This document shows positions 44,581 through 60,838 of a DNA stretch of 64,000 bases, in pieces. This DNA comes from the human T2T-CHM13v2.0 reference genome, Homo sapiens. Both the position numbers and the translations under genes were made by a program. The DNA lies in the NCBI RefSeq assembly GCF_009914755.1, contig NC_060930.1. One strand, 5' to 3'. A model generated the notes under the pieces. The model ran no database searches, was not told the DNA's origin, and saw only the letters and a list, made by a program, of their open reading frames with translations. Position 1 is the first letter of the stretch. Every line of letters begins with the position of its first letter.

Positions 44581-45962
44581 ATAACAGGGCTGCAGGAACC
44601 TCCAGGAAGATTGCGAAGAGCCACTGCCGGCCCACAGCACAGAGCACTGGGCTGGCTCTGCCCCAGCAGCAGTGATGCCATCTGACCGCTCCTGCATCTC
44701 ATGCCCATCCTCCCTTGGAGGCCTGCCAAGAGGTGTCTGGCACAGAAGCTGCTCGTCAAAGGGCAGTTCTGATCATGACTCATTAGAAAGGTTGAAAAGC
44801 CAGCTGGTTGCATTTTTAATCGAATATTTCATTATTTGGCACAATTGCTAAAGTGTCTTTTTAAATTAATTATTATAGAACCAAAGACAAGCTCAGGGAG
44901 AAATATTGTAATGGTCAGATTTTGTCTTACTGCCTGGAGCTGCCTGACGACTCCAAGCACTAGAGTTTGCATCCTCAATGCCCTTGAATGAAAGGGTCTT
45001 GAGGTTTTATCTAGTCCTACCCAACAACAACAAAAAAATTTGAGCATTGACCTCTGATTTTTGGACCCAAAGGGACCTTGGTGGAAAATGATTCCAGTCC
45101 CCTCTTTTTCTGGATCCATCAGATGAGTGATAATTTAGAATTCAGTTGGTTTTGTTTTGCTCCAAACTCATCCTCATAAAGTTCCAATGATGAAAAGATA
45201 TGGACTTAGGTGCTAGGAGTTGTGTTCAACTTTCTTCTTGGAACACCCAGTAGTCTTGAGGACATATCTAAAAGACAATTTCATGTCTTTTTTTTTGTTT
45301 GGGCAAGAACAATGCTTTAATATTATTATATGATTCTTTTCAAACATAAATATACGCTTATGGCATTATGTGTAAAACACACATTTTTAAAATCCAAGAG
45401 CAGGCTTACACTTGAAGAGCAACATTTTAAAAATGTTTCTTTCCTACCTTTAATAAGTGCATATCTATTGTAAAGTGCATTTCCAATGTGATCCTAAGCC
45501 TCTGAGACAGTTAATCCCCAGTTTACAAAGCAGAGACCCAGCTTGGTTAGAGGATGATTTGCTCTAGGTCGGAGACAAAGCCAGTGACCTTGGCAATGAA
45601 CAGCTAGTTAGAGTTGAGTGATTTCCAGGTCAGCACAAAAGATGAAGCCCTGCCAAACAGAGCTGTGGTCACTGATTTTGTTGGCTTGATAGTGACTGAA
45701 CTGGTTTTTATTCATCCCATAGTGCCTGTTCTTATATTCACTGAGAAGGATGGTTTATGTTCAAATTTTGTTTGAAGAGATTTATAGCATTCAGAGGGTA
45801 GAGATGAAAATATGATCTTCTCCTTAACTTTTAGGATTATAATTCTGGGGAAGATGAACGATCGTTTAATTCTAAAAACACAACAAAAAAAATTTAAGCT
45901 TTAATTTAATAGCATTGCCATGAATTTAATCTTTCAAACAATTTGCACAAAATGTTAGGCAT

Positions 45963-46308
45963 TGCTATGGTCTATATGTGGTCTATATGTGACCCTCAAA
46001 ATTCATATGTTAAAACTTAATCACCAATGGGATAGTATTAAGAGATGGGGCCTTTAGGAAGTGATTAAGTCATGAATGGATTAATGCTCTGATAAAAAGA
46101 GGTTGAAGGGAGCATTCTAGTATGCCTTTTTGCCGTTTTCACCCCTTCCACCATGAGGATACAGCAACAGGTCCCACACCAGACACCAGTTGTAAGTGTC
46201 TTGATCTTGGATCTCCCAGTCTTCAGAACTGTAAGAAATAAATTTCTCTTCTTATAAATTATCCAGTTTCAGATATTTTGTTATGTCAGCACAAATAGAT
46301 CAAGACAG
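45963..46308 (+). mobile_element. MSTC/MSTD MaLR LTR
   Basis: tgctatggt..aaattcatatgttaaaacttaatcaccaat..ttataaattatccagtttcagatattttgttat. Confidence 0.8.
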
Positions 46309-46587
46309 GCATGCTGTAACGTTCTGATATGTCAAATTTAGAGTAGCTATGTCAAAAATCACGGGTATTTCCTGTGGCTATAACTTACGTTTGTGTCTTA
46401 TTTCCTGAAACCATTCATAGATCTACTTACTTGGATCACATACTTCCAATACATTTTGTCACCTTAATAGACTGAATAAGAAAAATAAAAATGTCTGGGT
46501 CTTGAGTATACTAGCCGGGTGACTTTAAGTTTCTATGCACGTGAATATTCTCATTGGTGGGTCTAATTCTCATCTATAGGTTACTGC

Positions 46588-47410
46588 CTTTTATGGTCTG
46601 AATAGTGTCCCCCCAAATTCATATGTTAAAGTCCTAACCCCAAAACCTCAGAATGTATCTGGAGATAAGGTCTTTAAATAGGTAATTAAGTTACAAGAAG
46701 ATCTTTAGGGTAGTTCCTAATCCAATATGACCAGTGTCCTTATAAGAAGAGGGAGTTGTGACACAGATATGTACATGCATAGAGGAAAGACCATGTGAAG
46801 ATACTGGAAGAAGATGGCCATCTACAAGCCAAGGAGAGAATCCTCAGAATGAAACCAGCTGACCTTGATCTTGGACCTTAAGCCACCAAAACAGTTAGGA
46901 AATAAGTTTCTGTTGTTTAAGCCAACTAGTGTGTGTTTCTTTGTTATGGGAGCCCTAGTAGATTGATACAGATTTTGGTACTGGGAGTGGGGTGCTGATA
47001 TAACAAATACCAAAAAATTCAAAGTGGCTTTGGAACTGGGTAAGGCTAGAAGAGTTTTGAGGCCATATTAAAAAAACCTAGTTCCTCGAAGAGCCTGTTA
47101 ATAGAAATATGGACATTAAATATGCTTCTGGTGAGGTCTCACACGGAAATGAACATATTTTGGGCACTGGAGGAAAGATGATCCTTGTTACAAAGTGGCA
47201 AAGAACTTGGCTGAATAGTGTTCTAGTGTTTTGCGGAAGGTAAAACTCTTAAGTGACAAACTTGGGTATTTAGCTGAGGAAATCCCTAAGCAAAGTGTTG
47301 AAGGTTTCTCTTTACCACTTACAGCAAAATGTGAGAGCACAGAGTTAAGTTGAAGAAGAAATTGTTAAGCAAAAAGGAACCAGAATTTGAAGACTTGGAA
47401 AATTCTCAGC
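46588..47410 (+). mobile_element. MLT1A/B 5' LTR (to ~46969) followed by MLT1 internal sequence
   Basis: LTR ends 'ccctagtagattgataca', then internal 'gattttggtactgggagtgggg..gtggctttggaactgggtaa..gatccttgttacaaagtggcaaagaacttggctga'. Confidence 0.85.
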
Positions 47411-47769
47411 TATATATATTACAATGCATGAAGAGTTAGGTTAAAAGAATATCTTTAGGGTGGTCTCTAATCCAATATGACCAGTGTTATACAGTATTGA
47501 ATAACAATACTGTCTTTTATGTTACAGGGTAGCTATGATGATCAAATGTAATTGGTTTTATATGTACTCTAAGATCTTGGTAAACTATAAATTGTTCTAC
47601 AAAAATAAGGTGCAACAAAGATAAGATGAGGCTTGGATCTTTAAAGTCTCAATCCAGCCCTCTTTCTAATATATTATCTCATGCCAAAGACTTCTAGACT
47701 TCCAGCAAATCAGATCAACAAGCATTTAATTAAATACTCTGAACAGCACACGAATAGATACAGTAAGGT

Positions 47770-48052
47770 GGCCAGCACAGTGGCTAATGCCTGTAATCTC
47801 AGCACTTTGGGAGGCCAAGGCAGGAGGACTGCTTGAGGCCAGGAGTTTGAGACCAGCCTGGGCAATATAGAGAGACCCCATCTCTATAAAACATAACAAA
47901 ATTAAAAAATTAGCTAGGTGTGGTGGTGTGCACCTGTAGTCCCAGCTACTTGGGAGCCTGAAGTGGGAAGATCATTTAAACCTCTGAGTTTGAGGCTGCA
48001 GCGAGCTATGATCATCACTGCACTCTAGCCTGGGCAATGGGGTCTCAAAATA
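47770..48052 (+). mobile_element. AluJ
   Basis: gcttgaggccaggagtttgag..gcgagctatgatc. Confidence 0.92.
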
Positions 48053-48712
48053 AGCAATAGAAAATAAGAAGAAGGCACAGTCTTTCCTCCACAGTATCTA
48101 GAAAGCAAAAAATAAACATATTTCTCAGCTAATAAACTACACAGCAATCTTGAGATAATATATTTTCAGCTTTCCACATTAATTAATTGGTTAACCTCTA
48201 AAGCAAGTTGGTATTCTTCCTAACATCTTTTGGGGAAATGACAAAAGCAAATTCAATTTAGAATCTTATAAACTTTTATTCTTTTTTGTTGGTTTGGCAC
48301 AGACACATTTCTTTTTTCTTTATAACTTCTATTATTCTCTTGGAAGGGCCAGGTTTTCAAATCAGAGGCTGACATCACAGTTTGCAGCTCCTGCCAAACA
48401 AAAGTTTCCGATGGAGAATATTTGCAAATTTGACCACTGATTTAATTAAAAACGTTCCCAAGAAGTGTAAAAGAACAAGTTTTCGGATCTTTATTTGCAA
48501 TTGTGAAGCAGTCTGGAAGCTTGAGCCGTGATATCTACCTTTAGTACTTCTTAGGAAGCTCAAAGCATGCAGCCTCCTGAGAGTGGAAAGCTTTCATCCT
48601 TTCTTTCCTCATTCAACCTCACCATTGCTTTTGGAAAGCCACATCTGCTGGAATATAGGGGTTAAAATTCTGTCTTCCCCTAGTCACAGGGGTAAAAATT
48701 TTCACAAAATTA

Positions 48713-49111
<399 letters not shown>

Positions 49112-49884
49112 TTACCAGCTACATGAACATTTGCTTCCGAGACAGTATCTGCATGGATCATATCAACTGACTAATCTTCATGGGAATAATTCTTTTTGTA
49201 AACCTTTTTGCTTTCTAAGGAATCCACTTGAAAGAAAAGATCTTGGATACAATGGCCCCTTACTACAGTTCTGTGAGGTGTTACGGAAATGTAATCATAT
49301 CCTCCATCAGTGATTTAAGGGAGTACAGTGGTGAATTATTTTGTAAAGTGTAGAATTTTCTTCCTATTTGAAGAGTCTCCCACTCACTTTTGATTTTTAA
49401 GTTTGGATTTTCATGTATTTGTCTCAAAGTCAGAGACATAAATCAACAAATGACCCCAAAGGAATACTGGAGGACTACACAAGGGTCCCTGGCAGAGCAA
49501 ATCTGTTCTGATTCCACACCACCCATCTTCACTCACGACAGAGTCGCAGCGTGGGACAGTGCCTCCGTTCCTATAAAGAAAGGCCACTCTCAGTGTGTTC
49601 GGCTGTGCTGTCATGCACTACTACACATATCCCAAGAACCCCAGATACTGAAAAAAGAGAAGTTGCTTTCCCAAAACAGAGTTTTTTCCTATGATCAGCT
49701 CATGATCATCTCTCTCCCTTTATCTTTCTTAACCCTAAAAAACCAGTTTTACTATTCATCCATCCTAACAAGGTAAATTAGCCAAGACCTTACCACACCT
49801 CCTTTACACTTTCATCTTCCCCCTTTTAGCTGCCTTTAGCAGCCTTATGGATGGGGTTTCACATCTCCCTATATTCTGTACAGG

Positions 49885-50085
49885 CTGTGTGTGTGCATGC
49901 ATGTGTGTCCCTGTGTGTGTGTATCTGTGTCTGTCTCTGTGTCCCTCTGTGTGTATATCTGTGTGTTTCTGTGTCCCTGTGTGTATGTATCTATGTCTGT
50001 CTCTGTGTGTGTGTGTGTATCTCTGTCTGTGTGTGTGTGTATTTGTGTGTGTGGGGGGGGGTGGGTATGTGTGGTGTGTTTCTCT
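49885..50085. repeat. Degenerate (TG)n-rich tract
   Basis: ~200 bp of tgtg/tctg/tatc units. Confidence 0.9.
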
Positions 50086-50157
50086 GTATTCCTTTTCATT
50101 TCTCCCTAGGTGGCTGTGCCCAGATCGCCTCTCTACTCCTTCAGATAAAAAGCAAAG

Positions 50158-50245
50158 GGCTTTGGGGAGGCTGAGGCAGGAGGTTCACTTGAGCTCAGGA
50201 GTTAGAGACTAGCCTGGGCAACATAGTGAGACCTCGTCTCTCCAA
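50158..50245 (+). mobile_element. FLAM/Alu left-arm fragment
   Basis: ggaggctgaggcaggagg..gagactagcctgggcaacatagtgagacctcgtctct. Confidence 0.8.
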
Positions 50246-50419
50246 AAAACTTTAAACAAAAACTTGAAAAAGCAAAGAGCCTTGGGTAATAGTGACAGTA
50301 GTCACAGCTAGCGTCCACATGCAGCTTCCTGTGTATGCATCAGGCAGCTCATCACCTGTATATCTGTGGACCACTTTAATCCTCATCACAACCATACGAA
50401 GGTGGAACTATTAGTCTCA

Positions 50420-50851
<432 letters not shown>

Positions 50852-51066
50852 TCAGGTTCACGTTCTTCAGTATATACACATATGCTTACTATATGCGACT
50901 ACTGTAGTACTATACATTACTACTGTGTCTTAGCTCATTCACCTTAGAGACAAATGGATAGTAAAATTATTTTTTTTTAGAGTTAGGAAAGGAAAAAAGA
51001 AGAGGAGAGGGGTCATGAGTTGATTATATAAACAAACCTTGTTTTGAAGAAGTAGCTTCTCTTATC

Positions 51067-51070
<4 letters not shown>

Positions 51071-51141
<71 letters not shown>

Positions 51142-51153
51142 GACAGAGACAGA
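51071..51153. repeat. (TG)n(AG)n compound microsatellite
   Basis: Visible directly. Confidence 0.95.
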
Positions 51154-51733
51154 GTATATGTAGAGCACAGGTTTGGAAAAATCCCTATACCATAAAATAT
51201 TTCATTGCATCCTTCATGTAATGTATTCATGAGCCTGTAGCTTTCCTTCCTTCCTCCAAGGTAGTCACAGGGGACAACAGTCGTGAGTTGACCTGCTCAC
51301 AGAGTGTCTAGATAGCGCTGGCACCCAGTAATCCCATTAAAATTTTCCTTAAGGTTCTCTTCCACCTCAAGCCTCAAGACTTAAAACTTGGCAGCCTGCT
51401 ACCTGGTAAAGCACACATCTTCATGGTACATTACTGCCACCTAGAGCTGATATATTGAAACACAGATTCTAGATAAAGCAAAACTGAGAACAAAGCAAAA
51501 TAAAAAGTCACGCCCAGCCCTGTCCTAAAGCAAGCTGTTTTAGTCCAAGCAGTTTAGATTAAAAATATAATGGACTTTAAGATGAAATTCCTTTCTTCAA
51601 GACGTCCAACTTCCTATCTCTGTAAGTGGGTTACCATCCAATAATATTCAAATTAAAAAGCTCAAATGTAGTAGCTGTCAAAATAAGGAAGAAGGAATTT
51701 GAGAGAGAGAGACAGGGAGAGAACATGTTTTGA

Positions 51734-52136
<403 letters not shown>

Positions 52137-52780
52137 TAGCAAGCAGTTCTGGCAAGATGGAATACAGGGCTCTGGTTTTTTATTCCAAAATGAAATCATA
52201 ACACAGAATCAGCGTAAGCCTTAACATAACTCCACAATTAGTGGTGGCCTTCCAACTGCTCCACCCACAGTCCTGGGGGGGGGGTGTGTCCATGTGCTGT
52301 TCTGTGTGAAGGTCACCCTTGGTAAGATCTGGTGGCTTTGGGATTCATTCCTGGGAGCAGCGTTGGGTATACACCCATCTGTGCACATCCTCTCCGCCAA
52401 CCAGCAGATGCTTGTCAGATAGTGGCTGAGGTTAGAGGGCAAAGTCTGTGAGTGGAGACCCTGATCTACAAGGGCAGAGACCATAAAACAAGCTTTATTA
52501 TACCGTGTTCTCACCCACCATTCCTCAATCTGGGAGGTGTAAGGAAGCTGTTCTTGTTAAGTGAAGATGTGGCCCAGATGGAGGAAAGGAAGGAGAGTCT
52601 GTTTTGTGATCTTTCTTGTGCTTGGACGTCACTGGAGAAGTCTATAGACCTATTCTTAAAATAATGGTTTCAAATGCATAAAAGGAAATACATGGGATTG
52701 TAAAGGAAACCAATTATGGGCAAGCGAAGTAACCACATTCTTTAAAAATATGTGATATTATGTGTCTTAGTCATCTTGGC

Positions 52781-53945
<1,165 letters not shown>

Positions 53946-54237
53946 AACCACCATACTTGTGAAGGGGTGATGAGCATAGCTGGTATTTTGAGGTATCTGC
54001 CACAAGGAAAGAGAACATGAAAATATTGACAATTTCCTGTAGTGACAAAGTCTCAGGAACTTGGTATGCTATTGTGATTTGTTGCTTATGTACATAATTG
54101 AGGAAATGCTAAATTTCAGTAGGAAGTTAGTAAAAATAAGTATGTAATTTTCTCTCACCCATATTCGCAGACCCTGATTGTGACAGTTAATACTCAGTGT
54201 CAACGTGATTGGATTGAAGGATACAGAGTATCTCCCG

Positions 54238-54301
54238 TAGACTTCTCCAGTGAGGTCCAAGCACAAGAAAGATCACAAAACAGACTCTCCCTCTTTTCCT
54301 C
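54238..54301 (-). repeat. 64-bp inverted copy of 52581-52644
   Basis: Reverse complement matches 61/64 by manual alignment. Confidence 0.95.
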
Positions 54302-54608
54302 AAAGATACAAAGATACAAAGTATCCTGGGTGTGTCTGTGAGGGCGTTGCTAACATTTGAGTCAGTGGGCTGGGAAAGGTAGACCCACCCGTAATCTGTG
54401 GCGGCACAATCTAATCAGCTGCCAGCTCAATTAGAATATAAGCAGGCAGAAAAACGTGAAAAGAGAGGCTGGCCTAGCCTCCCAGCCTACATCTTTCTCC
54501 CTTGCTGGTTGCTTCCTGCCCTCGAACATCGGACTCCAAGTTCTTCAGTTTTGGAACTCGGCCTATTGTGGGACCTTGTGATTGTGTGAGTTAACACTTA
54601 ATAAACTC

Positions 54609-54641
<33 letters not shown>

Positions 54642-54679
54642 CATATATACGTATATATATATATACACATATATATACG

Positions 54680-54732
<53 letters not shown>
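54609..54732. repeat. (TA)n/(TG)n microsatellite
   Basis: Visible directly. Confidence 0.95.
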
Positions 54733-55941
54733 GAGTTCTGTACCTCTAGAGAACCCTGACTAAAAACTGATATTCTGTCCGTGGGCCTTAGTTTATGAAC
54801 CTCTGCCTTAGAGAATTCAGCAAACTTATTGGTTTGTAGTCAGCGGGATACAAGGAGTTTTGGAGCATGCTGCAATGGACTGTATTAAATAGCCCTGACA
54901 GGGTGCTGAGAGAGACAACTGTGATTGTGTGGGCAGGAATTGTCACACAAGCCGCCCCTGGCCGCAATATTCATCTTCCCCCAGCCATTTCTGGAATGGA
55001 GGACATGGATCAATTGTAAGGTCTATCCTAAATCCAGTGTCCTTTTCTCACTGCATGGCCTTGGGTGAAAGGGTGAAAAAGAATGTTAGCAGGTTGCGTC
55101 AGCCTCCTGGCCAGAGACCTCTGACTCCAATAGCGAGCTCTGCTTTTTTTTGTTGTTGTTATCTTCCTGGATATATTAGAAAATCCACAGATTTGTGTTC
55201 CTTAGGGAAACAGTTAATTTCTAGTGTTCAAGGCCAAATGAATCCTTTCATAAGTAGAGTAAAAGTTAAAATTCAAAAGGGGAGAGGTAGAAATAGTTGG
55301 GAGGGTGTCAAATCTCAATAGAAACATCTTTCCAAACTAGAAGCATTTTTTCTTGAACATTTTCAGTATCTAAACTAGTAAAAGATGTCTCAAAATATCT
55401 TTTCAACCTTGTTAAGGAAAACCATTGACCAATTCTAGAGGGACTATTTTAAAGCCATTTCTTTGAGTCCATCCTGAAATTAAAACACTCAGGGAGATGT
55501 TCTAATTAAACTTTCTAATAAAAAAGAAAAATGCCCCATATCACTTCATTTAGATGCTTCTCCTGCCTCCAAGTTAATAGTGTCATTGGTACCTTTTCAA
55601 CATATGAGAGCTTAGGCTCACGGAAGGCCTCTAGTGCATGTACACCTGATGTTCACTGTGGTCAGATGTCCACAATGTGGCACTTCTGCAACAGGCATGC
55701 TTATGTGCTGGGGGTGGGGAGGGAGGATGATGACTATGCTGGGGAGGAAGGTGGGCTCCTGGCTGCAGGCACATTCAGAAAACTGTCCGCCTCCATCACC
55801 TTTCCAAAAGCCAGGCCTGCTTTAATGAGGTGGGAGCAGGAGGGAAGTGAAGACTTATCACAAGGGAAGCAGATGGGGGACAGAAGAAGCCAGAGAAGGG
55901 CAGTTATGGAATGCATTTGGAGTTATAAAAAAGTTAGTTGT

Positions 55942-56620
<679 letters not shown>

Positions 56621-56797
56621 TCAGGCTGTTAGCAAGAAAAGCCAAGGGGATTTTTAAAAGCCCATGAGCCACATTCGGTGAATACACTGGGCATGTGCTC
56701 CACTCTCCCCAGCATCTGACTCATCTTAACACACAAACCAACAAATTCTCCACCCGAAGCCAGAGTGCAGCCTGACCAACATGCCTCTTGGTTTTTA

Positions 56798-57169
<372 letters not shown>

Positions 57170-57339
57170 CTAGCTCAGAGAATATAAAAGCATAAACATT
57201 TTATTTTGGTAAACTCTCTTTTAGTTTTTGTTTATACATCAATATTTAAATGCAAATATAAACAGAATATACCTTTTTATATAATTTATATTGTTTCAAT
57301 ATAATATGTACATTTTCTCATGATGGCCTATAGCCTTTG

Positions 57340-57990
57340 TAATTACCAAGTGGCTGTATACAGGGAGATAATATACCATAATTTATTAATTATGCTTCCA
57401 TTTTTGCATATGCATTTCTTTTCCAATTTTTTGCTATTTTGATGTTTTTCCTTCATAGAGCTTTTTCCTTCACTTGAATTAAGGAGGCATTTTTGGGATA
57501 AATTCTCAAGAATTGCATAATTGGAGCACGGAATATGAACACCTTGTTTAAATGAATATATATTATCAGTTTGCTTTGCCAAAGAGTTGTATAAATTGAC
57601 AATATCAACAGCATTGAAGGGTGTTCTAATTTTATCATAAATTCACCAGCATAAGGTCCTGTCTTTAAAAACCCTTTGTTAATTTAGAAGATATATGATG
57701 ATTATTTTAAAAATTTACATCAGCTTACTGATGAGATTGGACATTTCCCCATATATCTGTTTCCTATTTGTATTTTCACAAATAGGAAAATTGGGGGATT
57801 TGGGGAGATTATTGCCTGTATCTTTCCCAGTTTATCTACTGGGTAATTCATGTTTTCCCACTACTTTAGAAGGACTTCTTAGTATATAGATACTAACACT
57901 TTGCTATTCATATTTGAGATAAATAATTTTATTTTTTATTATAAAGAAGTATATTTTGCATGTTTGAATGTGTTAATTTTTTAATTAAAT
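57340..57990 (-). mobile_element. Old L1ME fragment
   Basis: AT-rich, with L1 ORF2/3' remnants ('tttgggataaattctcaagaattg..tttgccaaagagttgtataaattgac'). Confidence 0.55.
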
Positions 57991-58039
57991 TGTTACTTTG
58001 TTACCGGAAAGGGGTCCCAATCCAGACCCCAAGAAAGGG

Positions 58040-58721
58040 TGTATTAGTCGGTTCTCACACTGCTATAAAGAACTACCTGAGACTGGGTAATTTATGAAGA
58101 AAAGAGGTTTAATTGACTCACAGTTCCACAGGCGGTACTGGAAGTATGGCTGGGAGGCCTCAGGAAACTGACAATCATGGTAGAAGGCAAAGGGGAAGCA
58201 AGTATGTGTTACCATGATGGAGCAGGAGAGAGAGCTAAGGGGGAAGTGCCACACACTTTTTTTTTTTTTGGAGACAAGAGTCTTGCTCAGTTGCCCAGGC
58301 TGGAGAGCAGTGGCATGATCTCAGCTCACTGCAACCTCTGTCTCCAGGGTTCAAGTGATTCTTGTGCCTCAGCCTCCTGAGTAGCTAGGACTACAGGCAC
58401 ATGCTACCATGGCCTGCTAATTTTTGTATTTTTAGTAGAGACGGGGTTTCGTCATGTTGCCCTGGCTACTCTCAAACTCCCAAGCTCAGGTGATCTACCC
58501 ATCTTGGCCTCCCAAAGTGCTTGGCTTACAGATGTGAGCCACCACACCCAGCCACTACGTACTTTTAAAGCATCAGGTCTCATGAGAACTCACTCACTAT
58601 CATGAAAACAGCAAGGGGAAATCCACCTCCATGAACCGATCACTTCCCACCAGCTCTCCCCCCAACACTGGGGATTACAATTCAACATGAGATTTGTGTG
58701 GAAACAGAGTCAAGCCATATC
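58040..58721 (-). mobile_element. MSTA/B LTR interrupted by an Alu
   Basis: tgtattagtcggttctcacactgctataaag ... caagccatatc; TSD aaggg / gaggg. Confidence 0.88.
58257..58553 (-). mobile_element. Alu (Jb/Sz)
   Basis: Antisense dimer; TSD ac(a/t)acttt. Confidence 0.92.
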
Positions 58722-58811
58722 TGAGGGTTTTTGTACCTCTCACAATCTGTCTCTCCTGGGATTCTAATGTACAGGTGAGTTTGATAACCACTAGGCTAGA
58801 GGAAATGTACT

Positions 58812-58816
<5 letters not shown>

Positions 58817-58859
<43 letters not shown>
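58817..58859. repeat. (CA)n(GA)n microsatellite
   Basis: Visible directly. Confidence 0.95.
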
Positions 58860-60712
58860 TTTAATGTCTCAAAATGTGTCTGCTCAAAAGTATCATTCAA
58901 TAATTTCATGTCTTTTTGTATAAAAGGTCACAGGGATAATATTTACTTCTAAGGAAAATGTCTTTTGATCATGGGAATGATCCAGTTAAAGGGAATAGCT
59001 CAACTAAAAGTCAAGGTCTAATTTATAAATGAGGTTTATACTCCCCTTTTCCCCATGGTTCCTTCTTGCAATTTAAATCACATAATGGATTGTCATAAAT
59101 GGGATCATAGTTTCCTGCAGGGACCCTGCTCTAATTATTGGTTGACTCTTGATTAAGAACCAAGCATGACATAAATTAATCAGAGATACAAGTAGCAGTC
59201 TGTCAGAAGAATAACTATTCTGTGGTTAAAATCTTTTTATTTCATATGATAAAACCACAGTTCAAGTCCAGAACCGGGGCCTAATGTGTGGTGTATTCAG
59301 ATTATACAAGAGATACCTAAACCTACATTAAACGAAGAGGCAGCACACCAGAACAAAGCCCCACTGTGTCATAAACTTCACCGAAAACTAAACTGTGCCA
59401 GCTATGATAGTTACCTCAAAAGATTGTCCTGAGAATTATAATGGGATTTGTATGTGAAAGAACTTACTGAAAATCACAATTATAACCACCACATTTTGAG
59501 TTCCATTATCTGCCAGACCCTGTACCTGGCACTGAACAGACCTCATTTCACTTCGTTCTCATGGTAACACTTTGAGTGAGGAATTAACTCATCCCTCGTT
59601 CAAGGCTACACTGCCAGGGAGCCGGGATACCAGGAATGAACCCGGCCCTTCCTCCCACACATGTCCCTCCCATAAACCCTGCTCTGTCTTTTACAAATGC
59701 CATGCAGCTAATCACAAGCATTGTGATTAATGTTCTCTTAGAATACAGAGTTATTCACAGGATTATTTGGGAGGCCCAGACAGCTTTAACAAGCTGCCTA
59801 AAGACGTTCAAGCTGATGGTTTCATTTTCACTTAGGAAGAACTTCTGACACTGATTGGGGCATTCCGTCTTTCTGTTACCCTTGCAGTCGTTGTGATAGG
59901 AAAATGTTTTTGTGTTTGATGATGAAGGTTGTTACTGAAAGAACTCAGATTTCAACTCTCTCTAGATCTCCAGGATATAAGTGAAAAAAGCAAGGTTTCA
60001 GAAACAATAAAATGCCAAGCTATATATAAGAAAGAGGGAAAACACACAGAGTCCTATTTGCTTAATTTTTTTATATGATAGGATAAAGCAAAAACTAATA
60101 AAAAACAGTTACTTATCAGGAAGAAGGGACAGGTCAGAGAGGTGAGAATGGAAGCCAGACTTCTGAGTTCACATTTTGTTGATTTGACTTTGGACTTATG
60201 TAAATGTTTTATATAATTACAAAATACAAGTGAATAAAAATAGAAAACAATCCTTCAAAATCGAAAGCAAAGTGGAAAAAAATTAACCTTGTTAATTTCT
60301 TAACTTCTAATCACTTTTGTTGAGCAAATGGGTCAACCACATATAAAGGAACTATTTCATATGGCTTTCAAGTACTGTAATATAAATACATCCCCAGTGG
60401 ATTATACCTTAATGGACCAAACAACTATAAATAAATTTTAAATTGTGTTCAATAATACTACTTATTAATTATATCTTTATTTGGTAATAATATTGGTATT
60501 GTTCATTTGAAACATATGTCTGTTTATATATATGTGCAAATATATATGCATCATAATTATGTTAAAGTTATTAGGAACCAAGATTTTCAGTTTAAAAAGG
60601 TTGCAAGCATAAAATTAAACAATTTACATACAAACCCTATAACTCTAAATTTAAGTTGACAATATTGATATGAACTCATGATATATCTTCTCTTATAAAA
60701 GTATTTCTCCTA

Positions 60713-60838
60713 CAAGCTCATGCTTGTAATCCTAGTACTTTGGGAGGCTGAGGCAGGAGGATTGCTTGAGGCCAGTTCAAGACCAACCTGGCCAACAAGC
60801 AAGATCCCATCTCTAAAATAAAATAAAATTTAAAAAAA
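60713..60838 (+). mobile_element. FLAM_C-like Alu monomer
   Basis: Left arm only; TSD-like aaaagtatttct on both sides. Confidence 0.85.

Larger units (their letters stand above)
54179..54766 (+). mobile_element. MLT2A (HERV-L) solo LTR containing a foreign insert and a (TA)n(TG)n tract
   Basis: tgtgacagttaatactcagtgtcaac.tgattggattga ... tctagagaaccctgactaa; perfect 5-bp TSD CTGAT at 54174-54178 and 54767-54771. Confidence 0.9.
57999..58745 (-). mobile_element. ~60-bp MER41/MER4-group LTR terminus split by an MST LTR
   Basis: tgttaccggaaaggggtcccaatccagaccccaagaaaggg | tttttgtacctctcaca. Confidence 0.7.

Noticed and set aside
51433-51447. CTCF-like site (reverse complement GCTCTAGGTGGCAGT)
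   Set aside because: Two mismatches at the informative 5' CCA positions; not supportable without ChIP data
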